Source of the DNA: Tubulanus polymorphus
Lineage: Eukaryota; Animalia; Nemertea
NCBI RefSeq assembly: GCF_964204645.1
Contig: NC_134035.1
Coordinates: 9,394,451 to 9,458,450, forward strand
DNA length: 64,000 bases
Direction of reading: 5' to 3'
The notes under the pieces are model-generated. The model did no database searches and was not told the origin of the DNA. It saw only the letters and a list, made by a program, of their open reading frames with translations. Shown here in pieces: positions 51,109-63,409 of this stretch. A program made the position numbers and the translations under genes. Within the stretch, counting starts at the first letter, position 1. Every line of letters begins with the position of its first letter.

Positions 51109-52054
51109 TGTACGGTTCAAGGTTGAACGAGCAACCTCCGCCAGAAACAACGAAAAATGTCAAATCCGTTTTAGCGCCTATAACAGATTAGGAATTCGAA
51201 AGTCCGTCGTTCGGAAAATATGCTTTGCCGCGCCAAAACGGACTTTTAAAAGGAAATTCGATGTTTTTTTTTCGTTTTGGCGTTCTGGCGTTCTCGTGCC
51301 CTCATTTCCACATCAGTAATAATCTTAAGTGATGGCTCGAATCAGCAACCACGGTAAATCAAGATGCGAACGACGCTTAAGCGAACGAAACTATGGAAGC
51401 CCCCCATATGGAATTCCTCAAGTACAGAATTCTTGTACAGTCCATATAAGACTTTACGAGTTATACGTTTTACGAATCGCGACTTGTTTTACGATTAACT
51501 AATGCATTTCCTAAAATCAAAACCGCTTTTATGATAAAACAAAAAGCAAACGCTTGAAATAAACGACGCAGCAGATAGAGAGACACATCGGCTATATGTT
51601 TTACATTAGCTCGAATGGGTGATAAAAATAAACGATAAAGCCGTCTGCGTCCGGCATACACATAACGCGTTTATAAAAAATGAGCGAATTTATTCAGACT
51701 AATATCCGCTGATTCCCCACAACGACGTTTCCATTTCATTCAGCGTTTTGATTTATCGGCGCACTTTTTCGCGCACGAATACCTCTGTCGTCGGTGCAAC
51801 GCCGGATGGACATAAGTATCGGTGGGCGGTTAATAGAGTAATCACTGTTATCCGTCAGGCAGGGTAGAGAATCCGCTTGGTGGCCAGATGGAGAACAATC
51901 TAATAATAGGAGCGTAGATGTGCCCCCTTCTTGAATGAACTTAAGCAAGACCGAAATAACTTACTGGACGGAGCACGTCGAGAAAGTTTTGAAAAGGGGG
52001 TGCACGTAAAATAAAAAAAAATTGTTGTCGCTGGGACACACAGAGTTGCCACCG

Positions 52055-52166
52055 ATTCCTGAAGATGACTATTATAGGAAATAGTCGAAACGTCGCACGA
52101 ATAAACTTATAGTTCAAAGGAAACTTTTCGGACTTTATATTTCGTCACATTAGTGTCGGATTCTCT
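52055..52166 (+). mobile_element. Penelope-like family A relic with minimal hammerhead (52055-52102)
   Basis: ATTC-CTGAAGA-T-GACTATT-atagga-AATAGTC-GAAA-CG-TC-gcac-GAAT; core and ACGT palindrome intact, 4-nt insertion in stem I. Confidence 0.7.
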
Positions 52167-53488
52167 ATGACAAATTTTGGTCCAATAACCTCCATATTTA
52201 AGAATTACGCAGAGCCTCTGTGGAGCCCTTTGTACAATTAAACTGGCACAGAGGGATGTATACGCGGGGTCCGTCTAAAGGTTATTTATGACTGTTTTTT
52301 ATTCTTTAAGGATCTCTTTGAAGCGCTTCTTAACGTATACCGATATGAATATCTTTACTATTGGAATAGCAGCAGCCGATCTATGACGTCAAGCTAACGG
52401 TGTATAATCAACACAAGACGTCAACGTAGAATATTCTATTACTGAGCATGCATTTGAATTTACGGGATTCCGCGTCGACGTCGAGGAGTGCTTCAACAAC
52501 CTGTATCGTATTTCGTATAGCTTTCTCCTCGCAATAATTTCCAGATTTATAGCGTTATTTCATTTCGATTAACAAACTGAAACGCGCCGTTTGCCTCGAG
52601 GATATAAACCCGTATCGGTTATGCTTGAAATCGATCGCGGTAGCGTGTATTCCGTTTTAAAACGTATCACAGATGCTAAAAATCATTTCGGTCTCGATAC
52701 GTCGCCGATTGCGTTTTACAGTAGAACGTCATGAATTCAAATTCGGTCGATAAAAAAAGGCAAAAATCGTTGATTTTAATCGTCTTAATTCAACAGGAAA
52801 TGCGAGAACTATCTAGAAATGCCTGACAGAAATACCAGATTTGAAATAACAGAATCTTGTTAAAAAGGCAATTTTCAATTTGTCTATCCACAATAAAATA
52901 CAATAGCGTTTCAGAGAACAAGGTTAATATCAGTAATCATCCAAATTTCGAAATATATATAAAAAGATAATTTTGAACAAAACGTCATTTAGTTACTGGA
53001 TGGCGTCAATTCTTAGAACAAATTCATCCGTTTTGCTATTTCGGTTAGAAATTCTGGAAAGGCAACAATATGATTACCTCTCATAACGATATTTAACATT
53101 CGCATTGCTATGATTTTTAGCGTTTTCTCAGTTTTTCGATAAGTAAGTTTGCCGATATATAAATACGGTTGTCGGCGCGGCGGCGGCACACGCGGCTGAT
53201 GTGTTTTCCGGTCTCGAAAATCGATGGAATAATCGTAATAAATAACTTATCGTCGAAGCAGATTGCGTATTCCCATATTGACGATAGAACGCTAAAAGCA
53301 TATAGATCGTCGGGCAAATCGAAGCTCGGCAATCATGCACACAGTCACGGTTCGGGGCAGGTCATAATATCCAATTTCATCAGTAATGTCCTCCATTCGC
53401 CCAAAAGACTCCCCGGAGATACAAGTACCGTGTATAAGTCTTCCGAAAAAGGGACCCGAAATCGAACTTAACTAATTACTAACTAATA

Positions 53489-53883
53489 CAGTAAACCTCG
53501 TCTTAATCGGAAACTGCGCAGGAGACCGGCAAAATCTGTCCGAGGTAACCGAAGCCCGAGTTGAGGATGATATAACGAGAATCCCACAATGAAGGCGAGA
53601 AAATAATTAAGTCCGAAAATGTTTCCTTGAGCTAGTAGTTTATTCAGCGTTTCGACCATATACAAATAGACATCTTCATGAATAATTTCAATAAACTACA
53701 ACAGCTCAAGGAAACACTTTCGGACGTAATTATTTTGTCGTCTTTATTGTCGGATTCTCGTTATATTATCGTCTCAACACGGATAGTGTTGTATCGATGG
53801 TGACCGAGATAAGGAAATCTGAAAAAAACGATTTTGTTTTTGTTCGACTCAATCAAAAGTGCGAGTAAGGCGAGGTTTTACTG
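53489..53883. mobile_element. Tc1/mariner (pogo-like) MITE interrupted by a Penelope-like insertion
   Basis: TA|CAGTAAACCTCGTCTTA ... TAAGGCGAGGTTTTACTG|TA. Confidence 0.8.
53568..53802. mobile_element. Penelope-like family A head-to-head pair
   Basis: Minus copy with mutated hammerhead (53640-53685; 6-bp stem I TTATTC/GAATAA) followed by a plus copy from AATAAACTAC. Confidence 0.75.
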
Positions 53884-54585
53884 TAGTTCCACCGGTAGCG
53901 GTCCGGGGTATTTCTTGTTTACCGCTGTCGTTATATTTCCAGCTGTTTCACACAGTAATTATTTAATCAGTAACGGTAGTCTTGTTTTCCTCGGCTTTAA
54001 TTCATCTCGGTTTAATTTCAATGTGGCGAAAGACTTGTCGGTTTCTTTGATTAATGAAACAGCTTAGCGTCCCATTTGTCATTAGGTTTTTCAAGCGCCG
54101 CAAGAAATCGGTGACAAGCAAGTTTTGTTCCCTGTCACATATTCTTGATTACTGTCGCGTTTCTCCTTCCCGCGATACAGAAAGCTATAGGGACTATTGA
54201 CCTTCGGTATAATGAGAAATTAAACTTTCCGGGAAGCGGACCTCTTTTCACCATTTTCATACAAGGATTTGATGGAAATAGTTGTAGAAATTGAAAATAA
54301 GAAACGTTGAGGTTAAGATATTTCCCTTTTTGAAATTCCCTCCATGTAACTTCGTGTTAATCTGCCTTGACCGATTTTCAGTTGGAGTGGTCATTTGATA
54401 AACGATTACTCGAAAGTTTTCCGTTTTTCACAATTTGATTAAGTTGAAATTGCAAGATATTCTGGTTAAGATTCATGTTCATTTAATTACCCAATAGAGA
54501 CCAGTTTCACGAGGATGTTAAGCTTAAAAGTTTAAATTGTTGTCCTCGTGAAGTGGCCAATAGCAATTAAACCAATTTCAATCTT

Positions 54586-54739
54586 TCGTGAAGTTGGATC
54601 CTGTCGTGGTATTTGAGTTTAACTATATCGTGAAGTTGGATCCTGTCGTGGTATTTGAGTGTAACTCTTTCGTGAAGCTGGATCCTGTCGTGGTATTTGA
54701 GTTTAACTATATCGTGAAGCTGGATCCTGTCGTGGTATT
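54586..54739. repeat. 42-bp minisatellite, about 3.7 copies
   Basis: TCGTGAAG(T/C)TGGATCCTGTCGTGGTATTT at 54586, 54628, 54670, 54712. Confidence 0.95.
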
Positions 54740-55519
54740 TCAATCAGCGTTCGTTTATAGACATTTAATGAATTCATCATCACGTGGAGTCGTTGTTTAC
54801 GTAGCATTTTAATTTCATTTCATAATTCACCGTTTTAGGCGCCTTTCCAAAAAAACCTATTTCCGCAGCGTGTTCGAATCCAATTCAGTTTTATCAACAC
54901 TGTCAGGCTCTTAAAGCTTAGTGTCTATAGCTTTCCAGCTTAGTGTCTATATGGTTTTCCACCCGACTCTGGCGAATCTTAAACAGCGTTCAATTACACG
55001 CGGCCTTGTCGTCAGCCGGTAAAAACATTTCGACTTTGATCCGATTAAACCGACGTTCAATTTTCACGACTTAACTGACGACCGATCTGATCCCGCGCTA
55101 TTAAACCTCCCCGGGGCCAGAATCGATGCTTGTACCTCTTTCAATTTCAGTCGACAAGTCTAAAAATTGCCTTCGAGGAGCGAACGAAGGAACACGATTT
55201 CCTACGTGCCAGTCTACTCGTTCAGATCTGTAGTCGAGTAATGCTATTAATCCGGTAGCTTTGGAATCGGTTCCAATTTCCGTTTCGACATCACCAAAGG
55301 TTCTCTGCACTGAAACGGCTGCGCGAATATACGTCGTTTTCTATCTCGCTGACATTGCAATCACTCATATTATTTCTACGATTGTGCGCAAGCTTATTTT
55401 TACCGCCTGCTGGTTTTAGCTGCTCATATTTCGTTCAACCGCATGCGCAGAATAGAACGGATCGAATGATAGTCTCCACGCATTACGAGACACTGTCATC
55501 CCTTCCATTTGGAGACACA

Positions 55520-56157
55520 CACCATCGGTCCAGACTTAGATTGGGTCCCACGCTTTAGGAGACACCACCCAGACTGGGAAGGTGGTGTCCTCGCATTAGG
55601 AAGCACCGTCCAGACTAGGAACTTTGTCTCCACGCATTAGAAGACAGACTGTGAAAGTGTTGTCCTCGTATTAGAAGACAACGTCCAGACTGGGAAAGTG
55701 GTATCCACGCATTATGAGACACCATCCAGACTGGGAACTTTGTCTCCACGCATTAGAAAACACCGTCCAGACTGGGAACTTTGTCTCCACGTATTAGCAG
55801 ACACCGCCCAGACTGGGAACTTTGTCTCCACGCATTAGAAGACACCGCCCAGACTGGGAACTTTGTCTCCATCACGCATTAGAAAACACCGTCCAGACTG
55901 GGAACTTTGTTTCCACGTATTAGCAGACACCGCCCAGACTGGGAACTTTGTCTCCACGCATTAGAAAACACCGTCCAGACTGGGAACTTTGTCTCCACGC
56001 ATTAGCAGACACCGTCCAGACTGGGAACTTTGTCTCCACACATTAGAAGACACCGTCCAGACTGGGAACTTTGTCTCCACGCATTAGAAGACACCGTCCA
56101 GACTGGGAAAGTTGTCTCCACGCATTAGGAGATACCGTCCAAACTGGGAAAGTGGTC
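55520..56157. repeat. 41-bp minisatellite, about 15 copies
   Basis: Unit GACACCGTCCAGACTGGGAACTTTGTCTCCACGCATTAGAA; homogeneous in the right-centre, degenerate at the edges. Confidence 0.97.
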
Positions 56158-57814
56158 ACCTGCAATCGGTTTCACCATTGTAATCTTCATAAGCAAATCT
56201 ATATGATTCGTAGTAAAGATCCTACAAAATACATGGCGTAGTTTTAAAATCGACAGTGCAATCTCATTAATCGTTTCGCGTTGTATCCTTATATCGACGG
56301 CGACGAAGACGACGCTCAAAGAAAGAAAACTTCGCTGGAAGCTGAAATCTTTTCGAGTCGCGAGTTCAAATCGCTGCACAGCTTCGGGGCGTGCGTTCAT
56401 TATCGCGTCCGATCAGTTGCGGAATACCAAAGAGAGAACTGTCGACAGAAATGTTTAATTACCGATACTGCATAAAACGGGAGCGGAGAAAATCGCCAGC
56501 GGCAAAACATTCATCTATAGCTAAGTCTCTTTCTCTCTTCAGAAGCTCGGTAATATTCTACGAGTCCCGATACTGCGCCGGCAAAGACTTGATCCGGTGA
56601 ACTCAATCCGACATCAAACCGTACAAGCAGCAATCTTTCTCTTTAGACAGGACGTGTTCGTAATCTAAATTGGATACAAATACCTTCTCTCGTAGTTTCA
56701 ACTGTAATTGGATAATTGGTTCGCAAAGGACAAGATGGTATAACGGTGTTTGTGAGCGCGAACGGAGAACGACGTAGAACTTGATTAATCCGTTTGCGAG
56801 TAACTTTCTATTCTGAGATATCTCTGACAAGAGTAACGTCTCCTGAGCATTCTCGGTCAATGTTCAGCCTTCGTTCTGTCAAAAGGGTGAACGTAATTGC
56901 TTGATTAAAAATTTGCCTAACTCAGACATAAACAACTTTTGACAAACTCGGAAAAAAATGAAATCTTCTGACTGAACTAACATGTTTTTCAATTCTTTAC
57001 TCGGACTCTCGCTGAAGGAACTCGGACCATTTTTGTCTTTTCCAGTACATGTCTGAGTTTGGCGAGGTTCACTCCATCTAGTTATCGTCTCAGCGAAGAT
57101 ATCCCGAACATGGGTAAGGGCAACAAAGCCGCATAAGTCAGCGTATTATAAGAGATCGAGTTAGACTCTACCGCTGCAACGTGTGTAAATATGCTCTGAT
57201 GTAATGTTTCGATAATTAATCACCTCGTTATAACGGCTGATTGCGTCTGAGTTGTCGAACATTACATCCAAATCTTGATCTACGACGCAGACAACGCTGT
57301 GCGCGAAATTCGTGGCCGATTTCGTTATAATTCTCAGCTTGAGGTGATACGTTATGGGGAAACATACTTCGTAGGAATGCCGCGGTGTTCGTCCCGTAAA
57401 TTACGATATCATCAGATATTATTGATACTTTATGGCGACCATCTCTGATTTTATTAGGATTAAACGTTGTCGCTATACACAGCCGCAGTTAACGCTAAGA
57501 TCTTTTAGTCGTGATGTATTCGTATGATATTTCCACGACGCATAAAACTTCAGGAATAAAGGGATTAACTGAAGCTCTCGCATTTCTTCCCCGTTAACCT
57601 TGTATCCGATGGCGTTGCTGAATAATAAATAGATAGATAACGGAATAGATTCAAAAATCCTAATCTTTCAAGGGAATTTGTTACCTGGTCTTCGTAAAAC
57701 AGACGATTCGCCAGTTATGAAATTGACTCGTGCATTTTGAAGAGTGAAACGCCAGCACAGAAATTTATGAAGTTTTATTATGGAGTTTTCTGTTTTGTTA
57801 TGGAAGCGTCCTAT

Positions 57815-57975
57815 AGGGACATGAGATAAAAAGATGTTTTCGGAATTAATTCTGACAAATTATATCATGAAAAAATATTTCGATTTCGATTAAATTAAAA
57901 AGTTTGTCGATTTTATTCCGAGATAATTTTGTCAGAATTGATTCCGTAAATAATTTTTTATCTTCCGTAGCTTTA
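57815..57975. mobile_element. old AT-rich inverted-repeat element
   Basis: GATAAAAA..CGGAATTAATTCTGACAAATTAT vs ATAATTTTGTCAGAATTGATTCCG..TTTTTATC. Confidence 0.55.
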
Positions 57976-58305
57976 AGTATGTCTTGTTCGACAAAAGTAT
58001 TGATCATCCCAAGACTTTCACGCATTGGCTGCCATTATAAGCAACCCCGATGATTCGCGCCTTCTATCATAGCTTAATAAACATTCGGTAAAATGCGACA
58101 AGTCTCGTGAAATGATTCAATATAATACGGCTAAATTTGATTTTCGAAACATGCACATGCTCATCTACACCATCGTTGATCGCGTTGGTGAGTTCTATGG
58201 ATCTTTATATACAAATTCGTTTTCGCTAACCCTCAACCCGCTGAGCGGGCATTATCATCGGGTTCAATGTTTCAGACCAAAAAAGAACCATCGACAAAAG
58301 AACTC

Positions 58306-58391
58306 GGTAGCGCCCAGGGTTCGAACCCATGAAGCATTAACCGGACGGGACCGTGGCGACCAGCAGCTTTAACCACTCGTCCGTTCGCTAG
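58306..58391 (-). pseudogene. tRNA-Ser/Leu-like pseudogene or SINE head
   Basis: Minus strand TAGCG..GGACGAGTGGTTAAAGC...GGGTTCGAACCCTGGGCGCTACC then TTTT; no convincing anticodon arm. Confidence 0.55.
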
Positions 58392-61025
58392 GAAGTCAAA
58401 AAATGATTCGATTTTTGTCAGAGTTAGTCAAAAGTTGGTCTTCTCTGAGTTAGGTACCTCGAAGGGTGGTACAACATAATAGCCTAACCATACCCTTACC
58501 CTGATCCTAACCCTTAATCGTGTTCTAGTCGCTGGGGCAGCTTGGATATCTCTAGACACACCAAAAACCCACTCGGCCACGGTCTCTCCCGTATGTTCAA
58601 GTCCTGAGGTTAATTACGCAAAATTTCTACGGTCTCCTGAAATCAATCACATCACGATCACCGCTGAATAGGTGACTGGTAATCACACAGTATTTCAAAG
58701 TTCACTGCACTCGGTTTACTCATTATATCAGCTGCAGGTATTTGCGCGCGCGGTAAAATTACGACGTGTATATCCGCACGACCGATGTCAAAACTTGTAG
58801 CATCGCGTCATCATATTCAATATACATCGGCGACTGGTGAATATAAAACCGATCAGCGTGGATAATTGCGTTTTCGGTCGAGATGTTACGTTGTAAAGCC
58901 CGTAGCTAACATAAACTTATCAAAGGCAAATTACGGCGTCGTTCGGCGTCTGATCGTCGTCTCTCTGTGGATTCAGGCGTTCGAATTAATTCAATAATGA
59001 TTATACGAAATTTACTTCAAATGATCCGCACCGAATTGCTTCGGGTTTCGGAACGAGAAGCTTTTACTCGGCAATTAACGTTTAATCTTCGTCGATTTTG
59101 TTTTTGCCCGCGTACACCGCGCCGCAGTGCTAGAAACAGTAGCCGATTTCAAACAAGTGATGCAGACCGAACGGACGCGGCGATAGAAAAATGTCGATTA
59201 ATCTTCTGGAAATTCGTATTTCATCAGGGTTTTTATATACGGGTCTTCGAAATAGTCTTGGAAAGTTTTGGAAAATGGAATTTTTCCCCGGCGATGGAAT
59301 TTTTGCATTTTTCTCTCTACGGCTTAGGAAAAGGTATGGAAAACCAGAAATGGTCGCAAAATATTTTTTTCTATCGTCTATTTTGAATTTTAGGCTAATT
59401 TGATAACAAACTTTGTGAAAACACGTTGTCGATGGTATTGATGATTGGCACGTATTTACTTCGAATAGGCCCGCTCTAGGTTGGCGATGTGGTAAGTTGG
59501 GGATATGGAAAATTCTGGTTATGGAAAAGGTACGGAAAATAAAATCGGGCATGCTGAAACTTTTCGATTAAGCGTCCGCTATCCGGTGAAATACGCATTT
59601 AAATTGAAGATGGCATATTGATAATGATTGTTCACTCAAAAGCACTTACATCATAAACTATCTCAGTCCGCACACGGAAAACGATATTTTGCAGCGAATT
59701 GAAATTGAAAATCCTATGAAGAAAAGAGGGTTTTAACGATATTGAATAGAAGTTCCATTAACGAGTACACAATCAGAGAAAGAATACGAATTCAGTGAAA
59801 AGGCATGGCTTCAATAGGAAATATGAAAATCTCATTTTGAACTATACGAGAGTCGTTCATTTTGATCTCGATATGAAATTTCCTCTTTACTAGTTCGGCC
59901 ATTACGAATACCACGGCATTTCGTAGCGCTACGAAATCGCAACGGAGAATTATTTCAAACACGCATCATCCCCGGCGCAGGAGATCTGAAGATCCGTTGT
60001 CAAGAGCTGTTGTTTCTACCTGTTTCCTTTGAGAAAATTACCACAAATTGCTACTTTAAGGACCATCGCACCAGCGCAACCATCGAGGACGACAACGACG
60101 GCGGATTGAACGTGACTTTTGTTTCAATATCTCCACTCGCTGATCACTGGTTATCAGGTTGAAATGAAGAGCTCCGAAAATAGCGAGAAACAGCGCGGCT
60201 TCGAACGAGGCGGTGTTTTCTAAGACGCTGGCGCAGATTGACTTTGAATATTTAGCGTTTCTATCAATCAACGCATTTACAAACAACGTCCATCGTTTAT
60301 TCAACTCGTATATGAAAGGACACTCATATTCCTCGTTTTTCCACTTGATAACGATTCATAAGTATTTCTTTAAAAACGTGATCGTATCGGATCTATATCC
60401 ATATATGTACAAAACCTTGTGCAAAATTATTTTTGGTTTTTTGGCCATCATCTGACCACTTTGTAATACAATTGTAAGACAGAATTATCTGTACTGATTT
60501 TTTTTTGTGCGTAACATATGAAGCAAAATAAACTTTGAAACTTTGAAACAAGTTACTGGATAAAAGGGTTTCTAGCTATGATGATCACGCGTAAGAAAAA
60601 AGCAGGATTCAACTTAATGCGATAAATCCGCACTGAATGATAGAAACTGGACAAACTCAGAGAGAAAAAGCATGTAACAAGTTAAATTTCAAGTTCAAAT
60701 TCTATCCCGTAGTCTGATTATAACGAACATCCGAAATTAACATTAAATGACATATCATACAAGGGCGGCCTCCTAAAAAAAAACTAAAAAGGAAAGAAAA
60801 AGTTTCTTGAACTGTGTGCACTTGAATCTTGTTTCTTGAATTTGATCAGGACTACTCCGATAGAAGCGGGAATCTACTCTTTTCAAAAGGGTAAATACTG
60901 CTGTAGCAGGTCCGTAGCGGGGAGAGGTTAAAGGGGTTACCACGAACCACCTAAAATCCAAGAATTTTCAGAATAAAATTCTTTAGGCTTGTCCTACATA
61001 CTCAAGGTTCGTTTGGGCTACTTAC

Positions 61026-61045
61026 GAGAAAGACCGGAACTTCAT
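61026..61045 (-). CDS. weak candidate first coding exon (MKFRSF+2 nt, phase 2)
   Basis: ATG...TC|GTAAGT; weak start context. Confidence 0.22.
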
Positions 61046-61180
61046 TAAGAAGCCATAAACTGCGAGCGTGGTTGTCGTCGCAATGCCGTTGCCGCCGTAA
61101 CCTTCAAGCACCCTTTCAAAAGGTCCGACGAAATGGTTCACACATTTTCGCGAAAACGAACTGCCCACGCTACGGGCCTG

Positions 61181-61250
61181 GGGCCGTATTCGCGAACCAG
61201 CCGTAAATCTTACGTGACACGTAACTTACCGGTGCTTCGGAATACGGTCC
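61181..61250. mobile_element. 70-bp PIF/Harbinger-like MITE
   Basis: TIR GGGCCGTATTC / GAATACGGTCC, perfect CTG TSD; related decayed copy near 10629-10732. Confidence 0.8.
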
Positions 61251-62578
61251 CTGTAACCGACAGCTCTATTGTCGATTAAGGAATCATACATTTTGTGCCT
61301 TCAGTAAGCTCTTGATTTATAGGAAGTGTTCGTAACTTTTTACTGCTCCAGATCGTATCCGATCGATGTTGCGTGTAACCGGCTACTAATCCCCGGGGAT
61401 TTACTTGTCAATCAAGTGCTATACGTGTCGCTTTTAGATCGGTGGTGAAGTAGCGCAATTCTAAACTGTTAGATTGAGAAAGAACTGACTATTCCCTAAA
61501 TATTCATGAGTTGAAAAAGATTTGCCGGTTTTTCCTACTTCGATTTGAAATGTCTGAAATGAATTCAGCGCACTCATCCATTAGTAATCGATATTTCTAA
61601 TTCATTTGATTCGGGCCCGCGTATTGACAGTATAAGTTCGGTTTTCAATCCCCAATCGAGATGCTACAATGGCCTTGACATTGGCGAACCGAAAACAGTC
61701 GTCGTCTGGCAAGGCTGTCAAACCGCGCACCGAATTCCTACGTCATCGTTGCGGGTATTGTACGCTTCGATAGCGTTAAAAGCGTTCGCCGACAGCTGCA
61801 AGAGATTACGTATTAAAGTTTTGTAGTTAAGCCGTTTTACTGACAGAATATTGTTTTTCAATATGATTACGCGTCTTCGCGTCTGGAAATTTGCTGGTAT
61901 AAGTTCTAGACATTGTCTCAGGTAAGGAGGTGGTGGTCGGTGTCTGAGACAAGCGATACGAAATCTTAGTACGATCAATTTTAAGTGTGTTGACATTTTA
62001 AAAGCTTTTTATATCTTAAGATTTTCGAGGTGTTCAATTTCAGATTTTGGTATGAACTGTTTAGCCGTTGAAACTAAATTGAATTTATGAAGCGCCTGGT
62101 ATATTGAAATAGAACGATAGTTCAAACAGCAGTTCGAGGTATTTTTCTTCTGCGCTGTGAAGCAATTTAGAAGATAAACAATTCGCATCGGTATACACGG
62201 AACTGCAATTATGATATCCGGCGGTCGGTATACTGTACTCGAAGCAAAATGAGAAATCGCTCGTTCGAACCGTTCATTTAATTTCGCATACACACCCCGA
62301 ATAGCCCGTACGGTCGGACGAGGAGAATAGATTAAAAGATTTCAAAAACCTACAATTAATTCGAAAAAAACGAGATTCGGTTACCAAGAATCAAAATCAA
62401 AAATTAAAAAATACGATATGCTGATTGTATTTGCTCGAAATTGACCAATGAACATCGAGAATGAAGCTGAGTATGTTCACTAGCCAGCCAATCAGGAACT
62501 GTGTCATTGCCGTGTACCAGAGTGCAAATATCTAACTGTAAATATGAAGAATCAGCTACGAATATATTCGCTACCAGT

Positions 62579-62787
62579 ATATTCGTAGCCGGCACTGGTG
62601 ACAGAACCGAAAGTACGAGACTAGTGCATATTCGTAGCCGGCACTGGTGACATAACCGAAAGTTCGAGTATATTCGTAGCCGGCACTGGTAACAGAACCG
62701 AAAGTACGAGACTAGTGCATTCGTAGCTGGCACTGGTGACATATCCGAAAGTACTTGTACATTCGTAGCCGGCACTGGTAACAGAAC
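62579..62787. repeat. minisatellite with alternating ~49/42-bp units
   Basis: Five copies of ATTCGTAGC(C/T)GGCACTGGT(G/A)ACA in A-B-A-B-A order. Confidence 0.93.
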
Positions 62788-62955
62788 GTGTTAAATTTGT
62801 GCGTAGCATATGTTTTAATGTTGTTACCCTGCACGAACTTTCTTATTTTCTTACAGATAAGCACGGCATGAGATTTCAAGTGTCACACGACACCGACTAT
62901 TCGACCCAGATATCGCGTTGACAGATTTGTGCCGAATGTTGCTCGCGAGACTTAC

Positions 62956-63017
62956 TGTGAATGACCTGAAAGTGGATTGTCGACGACCCTTTCTGTTGCA
63001 TCTGCTTTGAAATGCAT
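62956..63017 (-). CDS. candidate alternative first coding exon (MHFKADATERVVDNPLSGHS+2 nt, phase 2)
   Basis: gatATG start, 62 nt open, CA|GTAAGT donor. Confidence 0.38.
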
Positions 63018-63409
63018 ATCGAATTAATTAATAATAACGATGTAACTAAAAAAAGAACCGCCTAAGCCTGTATCGCCTTTCAAAACGGGAAATCTACTCG
63101 ATATGACGACGGAATTCATATCATCGGTTGTTATCGAGTTTCACGATGCAGTTTATTTATAGTTCTCGCATGGCTGAAAGAGATCCATTCCCGCTGATGA
63201 AAAATCAAAATTCACAATCGCTCACCGGGAGATTTTCACTAAATTGTCAATAATATAAATTCAATGAAATTCGCGTCAATACTCGACGAATCTCGGCGCT
63301 ACAAGTTTTCAATAATTCAGCATTCAAATCTTAATGAAAAACCGTGCGAGTCCGTGTTGTACCATAATGTACGATCAAATCCTACAGTGTAAAAGAAATG
63401 CAAGCCCGA

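Noticed and set aside
56603-56860. Protein-looking minus ORFs (also 55101-55310, 60056-60304)
   Set aside because: Non-ATG starts, no compatible splice-site pairs, no recognisable domain.
58483-58516. Degenerate CCCTAA-like run
   Set aside because: Too short and degenerate to call interstitial telomeric sequence; probably part of an old repeat.
54586-62787. Minisatellites as possible CRISPR arrays
   Set aside because: No unique spacers, no cas genes, eukaryotic context.
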